Assembly: GCA_013239625.1 (NCBI GenBank)
Contig: MU054187.1
Span: 1,993,757-2,057,756 of the forward strand
Source of the DNA: Lama guanicoe
Lineage: Eukaryota
Direction: 5' to 3'
Length of the DNA stretch: 64,000 bases
Position 1 is the first letter of the stretch, and each line of letters begins with the position of its first letter. Both the position numbers and the translations under genes were made by a program. Positions 25,870 through 39,430 of the stretch are shown here, piece by piece. The notes under the pieces were generated by a model. That model was given only the letters and a program-made list of their open reading frames with translations, was not told the DNA's origin and searched no databases.

Positions 25870-26449
25870 CTAGGGAAAACATTTAAAAGAAAGTTACAGA
25901 CATGGCGACTACAGATGTGGGGGAATCATGTTAATTACCGTCACTAATTCACAATAATGGTAGCTGTCCTTTAATAAGCTTCTAACATGGCAAGTGCTCC
26001 CCTGGATTTTCTCACTGACTCTCCTGATGATGCAAGCCCCGGGTGCTACTGTGATTGTCGCTCCAGAGAGGAAACGGCCTCAAGCACTGAGAGCCTCCTC
26101 CCTGCAAGCAGCTGGGTTCCCAAGCCTAGGCCTCTCCCCCACTCTGTGCTGCCAGTCACTCTGCCTGGATTCCAGCATGTTCCTCTTCCCTCGTCATCAA
26201 ACACAAGCAGTTTTTTTTTTCTTAAAAATCAAAATAACTCTGACTCAACATCCCAAGTAAAATGAAATATTCCTCAAGATGGCCAGTTTAGTTAAAAAGA
26301 TACAAAATATTTAAAATTCATTTTCTTTAAAAAGAAAGTTTAGATTTAGAAAGGAATTTAAAAACAGCCAACTGAGTTACCACACTTAATCGTGATTCGG
26401 GCAGTTTAAAATGGTAGCATTGAAATATTATGTGTGGCCAGAAATAGAC

Positions 26450-26850
26450 TTGAGGACATAGAAAACAAACTGCAGTTGCCGGGGGTGGGNNNNNNNNNNN
26501 NNNNNNNNNNNNNNNNNNNNNNNNNNNNNNNNNNNNNNNNNNNNNNNNNNNNNNNNNNNNNNNNNNNNNNNNNAATCACCTCCCCCTCCACTAAAAATAA
26601 ATGATAAAATAGTAAATATTAACAAAAAAAAGATACACATCACTATACATAAAATAGATAAACAAGGACCTATTGTGTAGCACAGGGAACTATTTTCAAT
26701 GCCTTACAATGAGCTGTAATGGAAAAGAATCTGAAATATACATATGTACGTACGTATACGTATAACCGAATCGCTTTGCGGTACACCTGAAACTAACATT
26801 GTAAGTTGACTACATTGCAATAAAAAACAAGAATTAAAAATAAATAAATA
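26450..26850 (+). mobile_element. L1 3'UTR fragment interrupted by a gap and a probable SINE tail
   Basis: acaaggacctattgtgtagcacagggaac...tacattgcaataaaaaa; aatcacctccccc tail right after the gap. Confidence 0.75.
26490..26573. other. Assembly gap (84 N)
   Basis: Run of n. Confidence 1.
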
Positions 26851-27384
26851 AGTGTTATGTTTGGAATTGTTACTTGGCTCAGTAACCTAAGTATCCAAAG
26901 GAATTCATCAGACAGCCTGTAAATCACATGCTACTATTATTTAGAAAACTCCATCCCGATCCATCGTATAAATGGTGTGACATGAAACTGTTTTTAAAAA
27001 CCTTTATAAGGAAATTCTGACTTTTACTTCATGGTCACTCTTTTTTTTTTTTTTCATTTATATGAGGGAGTACCTTATTTATGCCCAGGAATTTGAAAAG
27101 CGACAAACGGTTGAAATCTTGACAAACATTTTGGTCCTGAAGGGGCTCTGGTTATTTTCAGATTTGTCTGAAATAGTCCCAATTAGAATGTGGTTTCATT
27201 CCATGCAGTGTCAACAGCGCACACACACCCCTTAAATTTAAGTACCATCAGTACTATAAACAGCGTGTCACACAATGTTTAGTCTGTTACTTCCCTCTCG
27301 CAGACAGCTGAAGTTCAAAACCACATGCATTTACTGTTGGATAAAGACTTTTTTAAAAGAACAAAAACGGCCCAAGCTACTCAC

Positions 27385-27465
27385 AAGCTGGCGTCGAGCA
27401 GTCCCTGGTGTTGTGGTAGAGGCGGTGGAAATGTTTGCTACATTCAGCTGAAAACGTGACTGGCC
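27385..27465 (-). CDS. ALKAL1: ALKAL1 exon 3 ([28 protein letters not shown])
   Basis: gatag|GG CCA...GCT T|gtgagt; 81 nt; two conserved Cys. Confidence 0.96.
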
Positions 27466-29039
27466 CTATCGGACAGGAAAAGAATGCCTGAGATAAACGT
27501 GGGCCTGTTTTCCAAACAGACCTGCCAGCACTTTATGAACAGAGAGGATAAACCAGGTTTACATCCTTCCAGGCCCTAAAAAGAACTTTCCTGTGACCAC
27601 ACCTCCTCACCCAGAATCAGGGAGGCTGTGACATGTCATCTGTGAAAAACAGTCTGAATTCATTCCACATCTTCAACAGCTCGCATAATGGAATCTTGAT
27701 TTCAGAAGAACTCTTCAGAAAATTTAGAGGGAAGAGCTCTAGACAGGAAAAAAAAACTGTAGAGAGCAAATCAAGTGGATGTGAGAATAAAAAATAAATA
27801 TCCTTGGTTTCTACTTTCTGTTCTTCAGTGTTTTATTTAATAGGAAGTAATGTTTATATGCAGAGACATTTATTCCATTTTCTACTTATAGTGATTTGTG
27901 TATTATTCATGCCAAGGACCATTGTAAAGTGGACTTCCCTCACCTAACCCCACAAATCCAGACAGTCCCCACCAAATGCATCCTTATATCTGGAACCTGC
28001 TTTTTGAAGGAGAGCCCACAGCCACGAACAGAGGGCTGGAAACACTCAGCGTCGGGGAACTGCTTGAAACATGATGCTGTGCATGAGAAACTGACACAAC
28101 ATTGTAATCTGACTACACTCCAATTTAAAAGAAAAAAAAAAAAGAACTCATGGGGGAAAAAAATAAATTAAAAAAAAAACCGGAAATTCCTTCCACTTCC
28201 CCATGACTCAGAGGGGTCTCCACCCCGTCCTTCTGAGGTTAATCAACAAGATGGCCCTTGGCTTTGGTCAAGTGGGCAAACAGCATCTTTCCCAGCTTAT
28301 CGGCCTCATGTGTCAAACAGTGAAAGGTGGTGGGATGGTTAGGCACAGAGTAAAAGTGGCGGTGCCCAGTTCAGAATAATTTAGTGCTTCACTAGAATGT
28401 GGGGCACAGGACAACTGTGACGATTCACAAAGTTGATGCGAAGAACGAAAAAGCATCATGGGAGCGTGAGCCACCTGTGCTTCAGTGGTGGCATCTGGAA
28501 GTCGGCTCCGTCCTGCTCAAAACTCTTCCATTGCGCCACTGGCTGGGGAGCACAGCCTGCATTCCTTAGTGTAGCCCGGAGGGCTGGTCACAACATGACC
28601 TCGCCCACCTTGCAGCCATCCTCTGCCCAGTGGCCACACACACCCTTCCCTCAACTGGCTGCACAGCACAGCCACAACATCCACTGTCCTGCCCCAAACC
28701 ACACCATGCGCTCAAAGGCTTCCTTCTCACCAGGATGCTGCTCTCATCTGGGAAAACCACGTGTCACCTCTTACAGCCCAGCTCATGTATTGTGTCCACT
28801 ACAGCCTTTCTTGGCAAAACTGTTCACTTCTGGCGCACCCTTTAAACTCTGCTTACACTTCTACCACTTCTCAAGAGCTGGTTTACGCCACAGTGGATAC
28901 AAGGCAACAGCATGTGTCCACCTCCCTGACTGGACTGTGAGCCTCTCCATCCCCTCACCTTCATATCCCCAGTACTGCACGGAGTAATTTGCACACTATC
29001 TTTTTACTTAATTGAATCACTGATAAAGTTTATGCTTAC

Positions 29040-29093
29040 CTGTGAAATGCTTTATGAATTTGTCTTTTAAGTTCAAATCTCTTGGGAATATTT
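29040..29093 (-). CDS. ALKAL1: ALKAL1 exon 2 (E/IFPRDLNLKDKFIKHFT/G)
   Basis: tttacag|AA ATA...ACA G|gtaagc; 54 nt; start of the FAM150 domain. Confidence 0.96.
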
Positions 29094-29159
29094 CTGTAAA
29101 GAAAAGAAGAACTTTAGAATTTCCTGCCTGCATTTCCATCATTAAAAATATCCTTACAA

Positions 29160-29810
29160 GACACTAATTCAAAAGGGTACCTGCACCCCCACGTTCACTG
29201 CAGCTTTATTAACAAAACAACCTAGGGGTTTGTTCATTGTTCATCGATGGATGAATGGATGTGGTATATGTATACAACGGAGTATTACTCAGTCCTAAGA
29301 AAGAATGAAATCTCGCCACTTGGACAACGTGGATGGACCATAGAGGGAATCATGTTAAGTGAAGTAAGCCAGACAGGGAAGGACAAATACGGTATGATTT
29401 CACGTATATATGGAATCTGAAAAACAAGATGAACAGACAAACACAACTAAGCTTATGAGCTTAGCTACGATACAGAGAACAGAATGGTAGTTGCCAGAGG
29501 GGAGGCGGGTTAGGGAGTAGGTGAAATGGGCGAGGAGGGTCAAGAGGTACCAGTTTTCAGTTCTAAAATAAGTCAGTCAGGGGGATGTGACGTACAGCTC
29601 AGGGTATACGGTCAGTGACACTGCAGAGCATACATGAAGGTTGCCAAGAGGGTAAATCCAAAAAGGTAACTCTGTGTGGTGACAGGTGGGAACAGAATAA
29701 CTAGACTTATTGTGAAGATCAATTTGCAACGTATAGAAACAGTGAATCATTCTGCTATATACTCCTGAAGCCACTGTCATGTTATGTGTCAATTTGACCT
29801 GAATACAAGA
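29160..29810 (+). mobile_element. Older L1 (L1MB-like) 3' region
   Basis: gagtattactcagtcctaagaaagaatgaaatc...gaagtaagccagacag. Confidence 0.8.
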
Positions 29811-29869
29811 TTCTAATATTCTTAAAAAAAAGACTGTAATGACAAGCACTAAACACGTAAGTCGTGGCT

Positions 29870-30230
29870 GTTTACGCAGCTGATTCTGAATCTGCATCTC
29901 CAGCCCTGCCCACCCCCTGAGGCTCCAGATCTCCCACAGAGGTAACTGCTCCCTTGCTGTCTTCAGGGTACCCCAGAGACGTCTCAGAAGAGCACAACTA
30001 GTACTTAATTTTGTATCTTCCACTTCCAAAAACTATCTGAGACCCACGCACTTCTGCCCCTCTCCCTAACGCAAGGCTGTCCGAGCCGTCGGGCTTTGGG
30101 ACCGCACTCGGGCAGCGACCTCCTAGCGGGTCTCTTTCCTGTAACCTGCTCTCCCCGGAGCAGCCAGAGCAAGGAAACTGAAGTCCTTCGGGTCATGATG
30201 CGCTCCCACTTACAGGGCTTTGCACTTAAA
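29870..30230 (-). mobile_element. L2 fragment
   Basis: aatctgcatctccagccctg...ctccagat; acttccaaaaactatctgaga. Confidence 0.45.
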
Positions 30231-31524
30231 AGGAAATAAAAAGTTCAGATAGCTCTCAGGCGTCACTGTGTGCTCACTGGAAATACAGCACACAGAAAAC
30301 ACAATTTATAAAAAAAACAATAGGAGCATGTGCGACTCTTCCAGAAAAAAAGAAAACTGAAACCTGGTTAATAAAGTCATGAACCTCCATGTTGTGTGGT
30401 GGCAGTTACACATTTAAACACACGCCGTCCTTATTGTAGACTGACCCCGGGCACGTCCAACATCACACAAGCACAACGGGGGCCGCAGACGACGGTCAGC
30501 TCCCTGTCGGTCAGTCTGAATCATCACCCGGACTCCCGTGACCACACATGAGACGAGGCAGGACGAACACCCAGCAATTCCTGCAGCCCGTGACGCCCTG
30601 GCGGGGGTGAGGGTGTGAACGCCCGCCCCGGGTCCGCGGCTCTCCGGCCCGGACAGCCGCTTCTCTTACAGCTGTCACATCCTGCCTAGCATGAGGGTGA
30701 GCTGCTGGCTTCTTGAGAAAAGGGACAATGTCCTGCTCATCTGTTATCACTCAGCGTGTACGACAGAGCTTGGCAGATGGGGCACCTGGCCCGTGTTCAA
30801 GGAACTGAAAATCGAAAGGGTTTTTATCTGTGAAACAGAAACAACGCCTCACTTGGACTTGACGAAGGCCACCAAGAAAACCAGGCTTTTCATACACTTG
30901 AGTTTTCATCTCAAAGTGCCGGCATTCTATAGAAATAGAGCGACGCAGAGCGGACAAATTTAACTGAGAGAAGTGACTGTTTCACCTGCAGTGAAAAGCA
31001 AGAGCTCTCTAGGCAAGAAGAGATGAGGAGACCCCAGAGCAAAGAAAGAAGCAGTGGGGGGGGGCCACGATGGCGGAGGAGGACGGCGCTCAGCTCCCTC
31101 CCCCCACGAACACACCAAGAGAGACACCTACAGGCCCACCCATTCTCTCAGAGCACCTGCTGGACTTTGGCAGAATGTCTCTTCCTTCAAAAGACAAGAT
31201 TCCTCACAAAATGTGGTAGGAGAAAAAAAACAAGAAGAAGAAAAAAAGAGAAAGAAGAGCTAGCTTTGAAGGGGAGGGCTGCAGCGTGCCCAGGGATTTG
31301 GAGCGGGGGAGACAGGTGCGGTGGGGACACTCCCCGTCCTTGCCAAACTCTGTCCTTGATTCTAGGGTGAGGAGAAGTCTGGGAGTTTGGGGCAAGGGGA
31401 GGACACAGCCAAGTCTCATTTTTAAAGATCACTATGCCTGGTGTGGAGGGGCAAGAATCGATTTGGAGACAGGCTACAGGGTTTAGAGAAGTTGCTGTGT
31501 CCACTGCACACGCTGGCCCGTGGA

Positions 31525-31745
31525 CAGGTCAGCAAACTACCCTCAGAAGTCATCCAGCCTGATGCCTGTTTCCTTCCGTAAGCAAAGTTTTATTGGAACA
31601 CAGCCACGCTCATGGTTCACGTGCGGTCCACGCCCGCTCATGTGCTACCGTTGCAGAGGTGAGTCATTGTTGCAGAATTCGCACCACCGACCAAGCCCAA
31701 AATATTCTGAAAATGTTTCAGATAGAAAAAGTTTGCCAGTGCCTC
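31525..31745 (+). mobile_element. MER58A-like hAT-Charlie element
   Basis: ggtcagcaaactac...aaagttttattggaacacagccacgc...agaaaaagtttgcca. Confidence 0.8.
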
Positions 31746-31971
31746 TTCCGTGGCACCCCGTTTGTATTAAAACAAGCTAAGGTGGCGACTGCCTGCAGAG
31801 AGGCACCAGGGCGTGGGACTCTGGGGGTGGGAGGGCAGAGAGATCTGTCCAGGTGCCCTCTTTTTATTGACTTTAACATTTTTTACCTTAAATCTGTATT
31901 AATTTTTCACTAAGCAACTAGTTAGTTGGAAATGAGTCTATATTTAGGGCTTAGATGCCCCTGTAACAGCT

Positions 31972-32052
31972 TTTTTTCATGGTGGTGCTGGGGACTGAAC
32001 CCAGGACCTCGTGTGTGCTAAGCACGCACTCCACCCCTGAGCTGCACCCACC
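31972..32052 (-). mobile_element. tRNA-derived SINE (Vic-1 type)
   Basis: gggactgaacccaggacctcgtgtgtgctaagcacgcactc matches the family. Confidence 0.8.
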
Positions 32053-33269
32053 AGTCTTCGTACTTGTTTTGTATCGTCTGGCAGCAGCGCAAAATGGTTT
32101 CAAGAAAGGTTGTGTTCCTCCTTGTAATCTTCCACAACAATTGTAAATTAACTCTTTCTAAATACGTTGTTTCCTAGATGAGGCAAAGGAATTCTTTACA
32201 TCCCAAGAATTTTCCAATATGCTCCTTTTACTTTTTTAAATTTCATCTTTATGGAGGTATAGTTGACAAACTATATTTCAAAATGCCTTACCCTGAACCT
32301 TACTGAAATGTTTATTTACTTCCTTATTATCAAATGTTAAAAGCTGTACCAAAATAATTTAAAACATTTAATTGGACACTAAAATAGAATAAGCACTCAC
32401 AGGAAAGATTTGTGCTAACAATGCAATGTAAATGGGATAAGAAGATTGGATAGATAAAGGTCACAAACGGAAATACAACTGAACCAAAATTTAACTTGTC
32501 AAGTCCAGGGGCGTGAAGGATGTGACAGCGTCACCGTATACCTGCCAGTGGTCACCCTTCCAGCCCAGCTCCGCCCGGGAAGCTCGGCCCGGCCCCGGAC
32601 ACCAGGTCCTGGAGCTCAGCCGCCCACCTCAGCTTCCAGGACGGTGGTCCCCACCACCTGCCTTCCCGCCGCCCCCCCTTAGGTCTGCCTGTGGGCCAGT
32701 CTCCCCCGCTCCGTGCCCAGAATGCGCCCCCAGAGCGCAGACACCTGGCTGCCTGCTCCCCGGGTGCCTGCGCCTCCGCGTGGTGACTGTCATGTAATAG
32801 GTCCCGTATGAAAGCGTGTGGAGTGCGCATGTGTATATATTTATATCATAAATAAGATAAGGCAGAAGAGGGGTGAAAGGAGGCCAGGCTGCCCCGGGCT
32901 AAGACCTCTCGGCCAGCGGGGTACAGGCGGGGCGGCCCCCGGAGGGGGGCCTCTGCTCCCGGCCTAGGCGGGTACCTCCACCTCGCTCTACTTCTGCACA
33001 GGCTCCAAACGGCGCCTTTCTGAGCAACTTCTCTCCTCCTTCCCCGCTTCCTCCCACCCTTCTTGCCCTGGGAGCCCTGCGCCCCTGCCCCTCCTCTGAG
33101 CTCGCTGCCCCGGCCTTCTCCCGTTTCCTCCTCATTCACCGCCAGCTTCTCCACCTTGGGGTATCTCTGCTCACCCCACACGCTCCAGTAGTGGCTACTT
33201 TTTCTCCCTCTTCACCCACCCCATGACGCCTTGGGCAGCTAAGCAGCCAGGAACCTGAGCGCCCGGAGC

Positions 33270-34440
33270 TGATCTGCCAGCCGCAGGGCAGCGTCGGGGG
33301 CCTTCGGAGCTAACCAACCCAGTGGCCCCTCAACCATCCCCCGCGCCAGCTCCAGGGGTGCGGAAAGGAGCGTCCCAGCGCCTGACGCCAGTGATCCTAC
33401 TTAACTCCCCAAACGGGAAGACCCGGAACGTGACGCTGGCAGGTGCTAACCTGTCCCCTGCGCCTCGGCCCCTGGGGTTGAATCTTAGGTCCTCCGGCTC
33501 TGTGCCAGCCACTTACAAGGCTCCCACACCGGGAAGGGGCGCGTCAAGCTGGTCCTCTGCGAGGCGGGTTCCTTGTTACTAAAGTCTCAGCCACGAGCCA
33601 TGAATAAACTGACCACTTGCGCTGAGCGCCGGCTGTCGGCAGCGCCCGCCCGCTCACGGCGCACGAGCCAGGCTGCCCCGAGCGATCGCCCCTCCCGGCC
33701 GCACGAGTCCTCCCCGGCCCGGGCTCGGCGCAAAGGGGCGCGGGCGCGGGGCCGCCTACCTGCGCTCCGGGAGGCCACGGGGAGGGACAGCCAGGCCTTC
33801 GGCTCGTCGCCCGCGACGCGCGCGCCCCTGCGGCCCCCGGGCCTCCCTTGGGTGCGGTGCGGGCACAGAACGAGCGCCAGCAGGAACAGCTTCGCCAATC
33901 GCATGGGCGCGCCGGGAGCGGCCGTGGGTCAGGAGGGTCCCAGCGGAGGGTCCGCGCCCCGAGGGCGGAGGGAAGGCGACACTGCGCGCCTCGGGGAGGG
34001 ACGCCGGGCCGGGACGTGGGGCGAGGACACAGGCGGGTCGCGGGGCTGCCCCGGAGGCCTGGGCGAGTCCCAGGGCGCGGATGCTCACAGTTCACGCGGC
34101 CTCCCAGACGGTCCCGAGCCTCGACCCTGCGGGTGTCCGGCTTCCCACGCCGGGCCGGCTCTGTCTGCCGCCCACCCACCCCACGAGGGTCGAGAGAACC
34201 GGCAACTCCTCGGTCTGGACCGAGGGGAGCAGTGTGGGAGCGGCGCGCGGCGGCGGAGCCCCGGCTTGCAGGCGGGAAGGTGCGGGTCCCCGCCACCCCG
34301 AGACCGCGCCCCGCCCCGCCCCGCGCCCCGCGCCCCGCCCCCTGTCGGGATTGGGGTACCCACCGCTGCCCCCAGCGCCCGCCGCAGACCCCAGTCCCCG
34401 CCTCCCGCAGGCTCCAGCCCCCACCTAACCGCGCGCCCAA
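33270..34440 (-). promoter_or_regulatory. CpG island promoter of ALKAL1 with clustered GC boxes
   Basis: Very high GC/CpG around exon 1; repeated CCCCGCCCC (Sp/KLF) at about 34309-34342. Confidence 0.88.
33760..33904 (-). CDS. ALKAL1: ALKAL1 (FAM150A/augmentor-beta) coding exon 1: signal peptide and variable region MRLAKLFLLALVLCPHRTQGRPGGRRGARVAGDEPKAWLSLPVASRSA/E
   Basis: ATG at 33904 inside a CpG island; hydrophobic signal peptide; donor GCAG|gtaggc; 145 nt, phase 1 fits exon 2. Confidence 0.92.
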
Positions 34441-36744
34441 GGCTGCAGCCCAGTGGGGCTCTTTTCCTTGAGATAACTCCCCTCCGAGCTTTCTGTCGAT
34501 GCCCACGATCGAAAATGAGATTAAGCCCACTTGTGCTGATTAAAATTAAAACGAGTATCTCTAATCAAATGATGCCCTGTAAATTACTGCGACTTCAGTC
34601 ATTCCGTGAGCCCTCTTTATTGCTTTATATTAAGTATATTGAGGACTAATTATCTCTCTGTTGCAAAGCGCCGAACAGGCACAAGGAAAGAGGAAGGAAA
34701 AATCACGCTGCGCGTCGTCCAGTGTTAAACTGCCGGACAAAGAGACCCTTGTCAGACACGAACCCAGAAAAGCAATCCCAGGTCAGGACTGGAGACAAAA
34801 ACCTGGCAGAACTTCCAAGGCAGAGGGAGTCGTGGAGTTTAGGGAACCAAGCCCCCTTCTATGGAAATCAAAACTTTCAAGCTCATTTTCCTCTGAAACT
34901 AGGTGTATTACATTTCATCCTGACCTTTTTTTCTTTTTAACTATGACCTCTTACACAGCTCCTAAAATAATTTCTTTCACAGCTTTTTTTCTGCCCATAT
35001 GAATGGAATTTTGCACACACACATACTCCAGGCTGCAAGATTGTTACACAATGTTTTACTCTCTGATTGGACCTAAACATCATTCAATACACGAATAGTT
35101 CGAATTCTGAGTAACACAGAACATGTTCTGGAAACACGACAGAAGAATCATATATGCTTTACCTACGCCTTTGAGTAACATGAAGAATTCATAAAAGTTT
35201 TCACAAAATTACTTATTTTGATGCTTGAACAACGCAACTTCGTCAGCTGAAGTCTGCAAGCCATCTCCTTCCCCCGGGACACTCCAGGAACACTAACAGC
35301 ATCAAGCACCCCTGCTCCCCAGCACCAACAAAGGTGCCCCCATGCGTCCCGAGTTCTCTGGTCCCCTCCCATTAAGGAGAGACCCGGAGTCAAGTACTCT
35401 CCCCAAGGCTCTAGAGGAGATGAGACGTCTTGCTCCACCAGGCACACCGCGGCAGGTGGATGACACTTCAGCTGGGTATCAGAGATCTAAGTTTTAAAGG
35501 TCATGAGTTCATGTGTTTGTTTCTATTTTAATGTTAACTTTACTAAACCCCTTCCTTTAAGTTATTTGTTAAAGATGTCTTTAATTTTGGCTTTTTAAAC
35601 TACTAACTCACAGAGTTTTCACTGTGCAGTTCCTATAATAAACTGGTTTTATGACCACATGCAATTTCCATGAACACATTTCAGAAAATCTGACAATTAA
35701 CAAGCTTTGGAGTTAATGAGTTACATTACGGACAGTTGAAGGCTCTCTAGTAAAACAACGGACAACTCAAAACCCTTAGCTCTACACTGCATGTCAGGAA
35801 AATGAAGCGAAGAGTCCACAGCCTATGATAAATGGGACAGCTGATCTCTTTTAAAATCACAGGCTGAGCAGAGGTCATTTTTTGTTCAGTGTGCTGAGTA
35901 GTAAATATTCCATATTTCTTATCATCTTGGGGAAAAAGCAATTTGCAATACAGTGTAGCATCTAAATAGAGAAAAGATGTTTCGGTCTAGGGAGACTGGA
36001 AAGTTGCTTTCTCTGTGTGCAAGACTCCTCGTCCACGTGTCCTTTTTAATCACGGCAAGAAGAGAGTTACATGGTGTCTTTGCACTACGTCTTCTCCTTG
36101 ATGACATGTGCTTGCTGAGTCCTCCCTTCTCTGGGCACCTGCAAACACACGGGCAGTGCTGTCTGAACACATGGCGGTCTTTAAAGATAGTGCTAAATTA
36201 TGTCTGAATGAGGAGAAGCTTAATTTGTGTACTTCCTGTCACACACGTCAAGTCTGAGCTAGCTTTATGTCACGTTTATGATTCTGAATCAGCTAAGTGA
36301 CATATTTAAATGAAATGGGAGGAAAAAAGATACCGTTTATAATTCTCTAGCAAGTGCACCGCAGTGCATTCTGTTCATACTCTTGAACTGAGATACTCAG
36401 CTACAAACATAAAGAAACACATTGTGATGTTCTTAGGTCAATGTCTGAATCATTACAAACTTTTAAAACATTTGTGTCATGTGCTGAGTGCCCATAAACC
36501 ACCCAAGTGATTGGGCATAAGTCAAAAATGTAAGAGACTGGAATTTCATAAACTTTGACGTGTAAACTGTTATACAGAGCAAAATGAATTATAAGACACC
36601 ACTCTGATCTTGAAGGAGAAACAAGATAGTATATGTTAGACTGTGTTTAAAATAACAAAAATTAATCATAGTTCGTGGTACCAGCCGTTTACTAATGCTT
36701 TTTCGAGTAGCTGCTGTTAACTCAAGAAAATAGAGCACAGGAAA

Positions 36745-36905
36745 CAGCCTGATGTAGTAGGTCCTAAATCCGTCTGCCCGGATTCAAACCCCAGCTCTAC
36801 CACGGCATAGCTGTGTGCCCGGGGGTACCTAGCTCTCTCAAAGCCTCCATCTCCTCTCTGTAAAACAGAACAATAACCCCCCACTCACCCACTTTAGGTG
36901 ACTGC
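36745..36905 (+). mobile_element. MIR SINE
   Basis: ggattcaaaccccagctctacc...agctgtgtg...ctctgtaaaacagaacaataa. Confidence 0.65.
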
Positions 36906-37414
36906 CATGTCTAGGTTAGACTTCGTTTTAGTCTCCTTTAAAGTAGAAACAAAGGTAGAAATTCTGGGACTGCCAGAGACCAGATGCCACTTAACTCCCC
37001 AGTTTAACACAAACCATTTTAGTCCCCGCTAGTGATATGAATAATGTTTCATTCCTTTGGATGAACCCAGATCTTCTGACTTTAAGGAGGTGGCCACAAT
37101 GGGCTTTTGCCTGCGAGTGGCATCTGCTTTAAGGAAGGGAGCTGTGCTGCTGCCCCTCAAAGCATCTCGCATACATCTTGGAAGAGGACAGCTGGCTGAA
37201 AGCGTGGGACAACTAACTCTCAAGTCTGTTGGTCAGTAATGCCACAGGGGCCTGAAGCTGAAAGCTCTCTTGGGTACATTGGACCTGAGAACCCCTTTCA
37301 GACCACATCTAAAGTTTCCTTCTGTGTGTGTCCTTTTCGGATGGGCCACCTGCCATCACCCTTTCACCTAGTGGCAAGCTAGATTAGTCCCATCAAATTC
37401 TCCTTCTGGGTCAT

Positions 37415-38735
37415 TCTCCCTGGCTTCAGGCTATACTACAAAGCTACAGTAATCAAAACAGTATGGTACTGGGCAAAAATAGACACATAGATCAATGGAA
37501 TAGAATAGAAAGTCCAGAATTAAATCCATGTACTTATGGTCAATTAATTTATGACAAAGGAGGCAGGAATATACAATGGAGAAAAGACAGTCTCTTCAAC
37601 AAGTGGTGCTTTGAAAACTGGACAGCTGCCTGTAAAAGACTGAAATTGGAACATTCTCTAACAGCATATGCAAAAATAAACTCAAAATGGATTAAAGAAC
37701 TAAATGTAAGACCAGATACTATAACACTCCTAGAGGAAAACACGCAGAACACCCTTGGACATATATCATAGCAATGTTTTTTGAACCAGCTCTTGCAGTA
37801 ATGGAAATAAAAGCAAAAATAAACAAATGGGATCTAATTAAATTTAAAAGTTTTTGCACAGCTAAGGATACTATCAACAAAACAAAAAGACAACCTACAG
37901 AATGGGAGAAAATATTTGCAAATGATGTGACAGACAAGGGACTCATTTCCAAAATATTCAAACAGCTCACATAGCTTTATATATATATATATATAAAAAA
38001 CAAAAACAAGCAATCCAATAAAAAATGGGCAGAAAACCTAAATAGATATTTCTCCAAAGAAACATCCAGATGGCCAATAAGCACATGAAAAGATGTTTCA
38101 ACATCACTAGTTGTTAGAGGAATGCAAATCAAAACTACAGTGAGGTATCCCCTCACACCAGTCAGAATGGCCATCATTAAAAAGTCCACAAACGATAAGT
38201 GCTGGAGAGGGTGTGGAGGAAAGGGAGCCCTCCCGCACTGTTGGTGGGAATGTAACTTGGTGCAGCCACTTTGGAGGACAGTATGGAGGTTCCTTAAAAA
38301 ACTGAAAATAGACTTACCATATGATCCAGCAATCCCACTCCTGGGCTTATATCTGGAGGAAAATATAATTCGAAAAGACACATGCTATGTTCACAGCAGC
38401 ATTATTTACAATAGCCAAGACATGGAAACAACCCAAACGTCCATCAGCAGCTGACTGGATAAAGAAGATGTGGTATATTTATACAATAGAATAATACTCA
38501 GTCATTAAAAAAAAGAAAAGTAATGCCATTTGCAGCAACATGGATGGACTGGAGATCGTTCAAGTGAAGTAAGCCAGAAAGAGAAAGAAAAATATCATAT
38601 GATATCACTTACATGTGGAATCTTAAAAAAAAGGACACAAATGAACTTTTCTACAAAACAGAAACAGACTCACAGACATAGAGAACAAACATAGTTACCA
38701 GAGGGTAAGGGAGGGGGAAGGGATAAACTGGGGAG
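37415..38735 (+). mobile_element. L1 fragment: degenerate ORF2 C-terminus plus part of the 3'UTR
   Basis: ORFs 37463..37771, 37774..37974 and 38122..38454 give L1 ORF2p peptides ([37 protein letters not shown]) with frameshifts. Confidence 0.95.
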
Positions 38736-38739
38736 AAAT

Positions 38740-38876
38740 GGAAATGTTAGCTATCTTGATTGTGGTGGTGGTTTCATGGATGTGAACATCTATCAAAACT
38801 CATCACATTGTACACCTGAAATACATGTGGTTTACTATACAGGGACCAAACCACAATAAAGGCATTAAAAAAAAAT
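38740..38876 (+). mobile_element. Old L1MC-like 3' end
   Basis: tatcttgattgtggtggtggtttcatgg...caaaactcatcacattgtacac. Confidence 0.7.
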
Positions 38877-39147
38877 TCTCAGTCTGGGACCTCACATGGC
38901 ACTCAAACAGATTAGCAGCTAACCATTTTGCTTATTTCCTCCCTTAACACATGTCTTAAACTTTCGCAGCCTAGAAACAGGGCATTTCTTCCCCACCACC
39001 CGCATCAGTCCTCTGAACAGACCTCAGTAACTTTGCTGGGCTGGGATGAGTCAATGAGGGAGAGAGAAATCAACAACGTCCTCGCTGGTGTATTATAAAA
39101 CGTCACTCCTTTAGTGCAGGACAACCTTAGAATGGGCAGCTTATTCA

Positions 39148-39162
39148 CCAGCAGGTGGCAGT
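39148..39162 (+). promoter_or_regulatory. CTCF core motif
   Basis: CCAGCAGGTGGCAGT, exact fit to CCASYAGRKGGCRSY. Confidence 0.6.
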
Positions 39163-39230
39163 GGTGACTTAAGTTCTGGACAGATTATTTTAACAGAAAG
39201 GCAGTAAATTGTCAGAAGTGCCTGATTTCA

Positions 39231-39430
39231 CTATTATATATAAAATAGATTTTAAAAAACAAATTTCTTCTGTATAGCACAGGGAACTATATTCAATATA
39301 TTGTAGTAACCTGTAATGAAAAAGAACCTGAAAACAAACATATGCATGTATATGTATGACTGAAACATGCTGTACACCAGAAATTGACACATTGTAACTG
39401 ACTGTACTTCCATACACACACACAAAAAAC
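39231..39430 (+). mobile_element. 5'-truncated L1 3' end with TSD
   Basis: TSD cctgatttca at 39221-39230 and 39431-39440. Confidence 0.85.

Noticed and set aside
27385..27465. Assigning the gene as ALKAL2 because of YHNTRDC
   Set aside because: GPVTFS, FIKHFT, CSQT* and the position next to RB1CC1 match ALKAL1
33544..34649. Long overlapping ORFs (358 aa +, 328 aa -, 207 aa +) over the ALKAL1 promoter
   Set aside because: Stop-poor GC-rich CpG island; low-complexity R/G/P/A composition; the true frame is the spliced ALKAL1 exon 1
37463..38454. L1 ORF2-like ORFs as a functional gene
   Set aside because: Frameshifted, 5'-truncated L1 remnant
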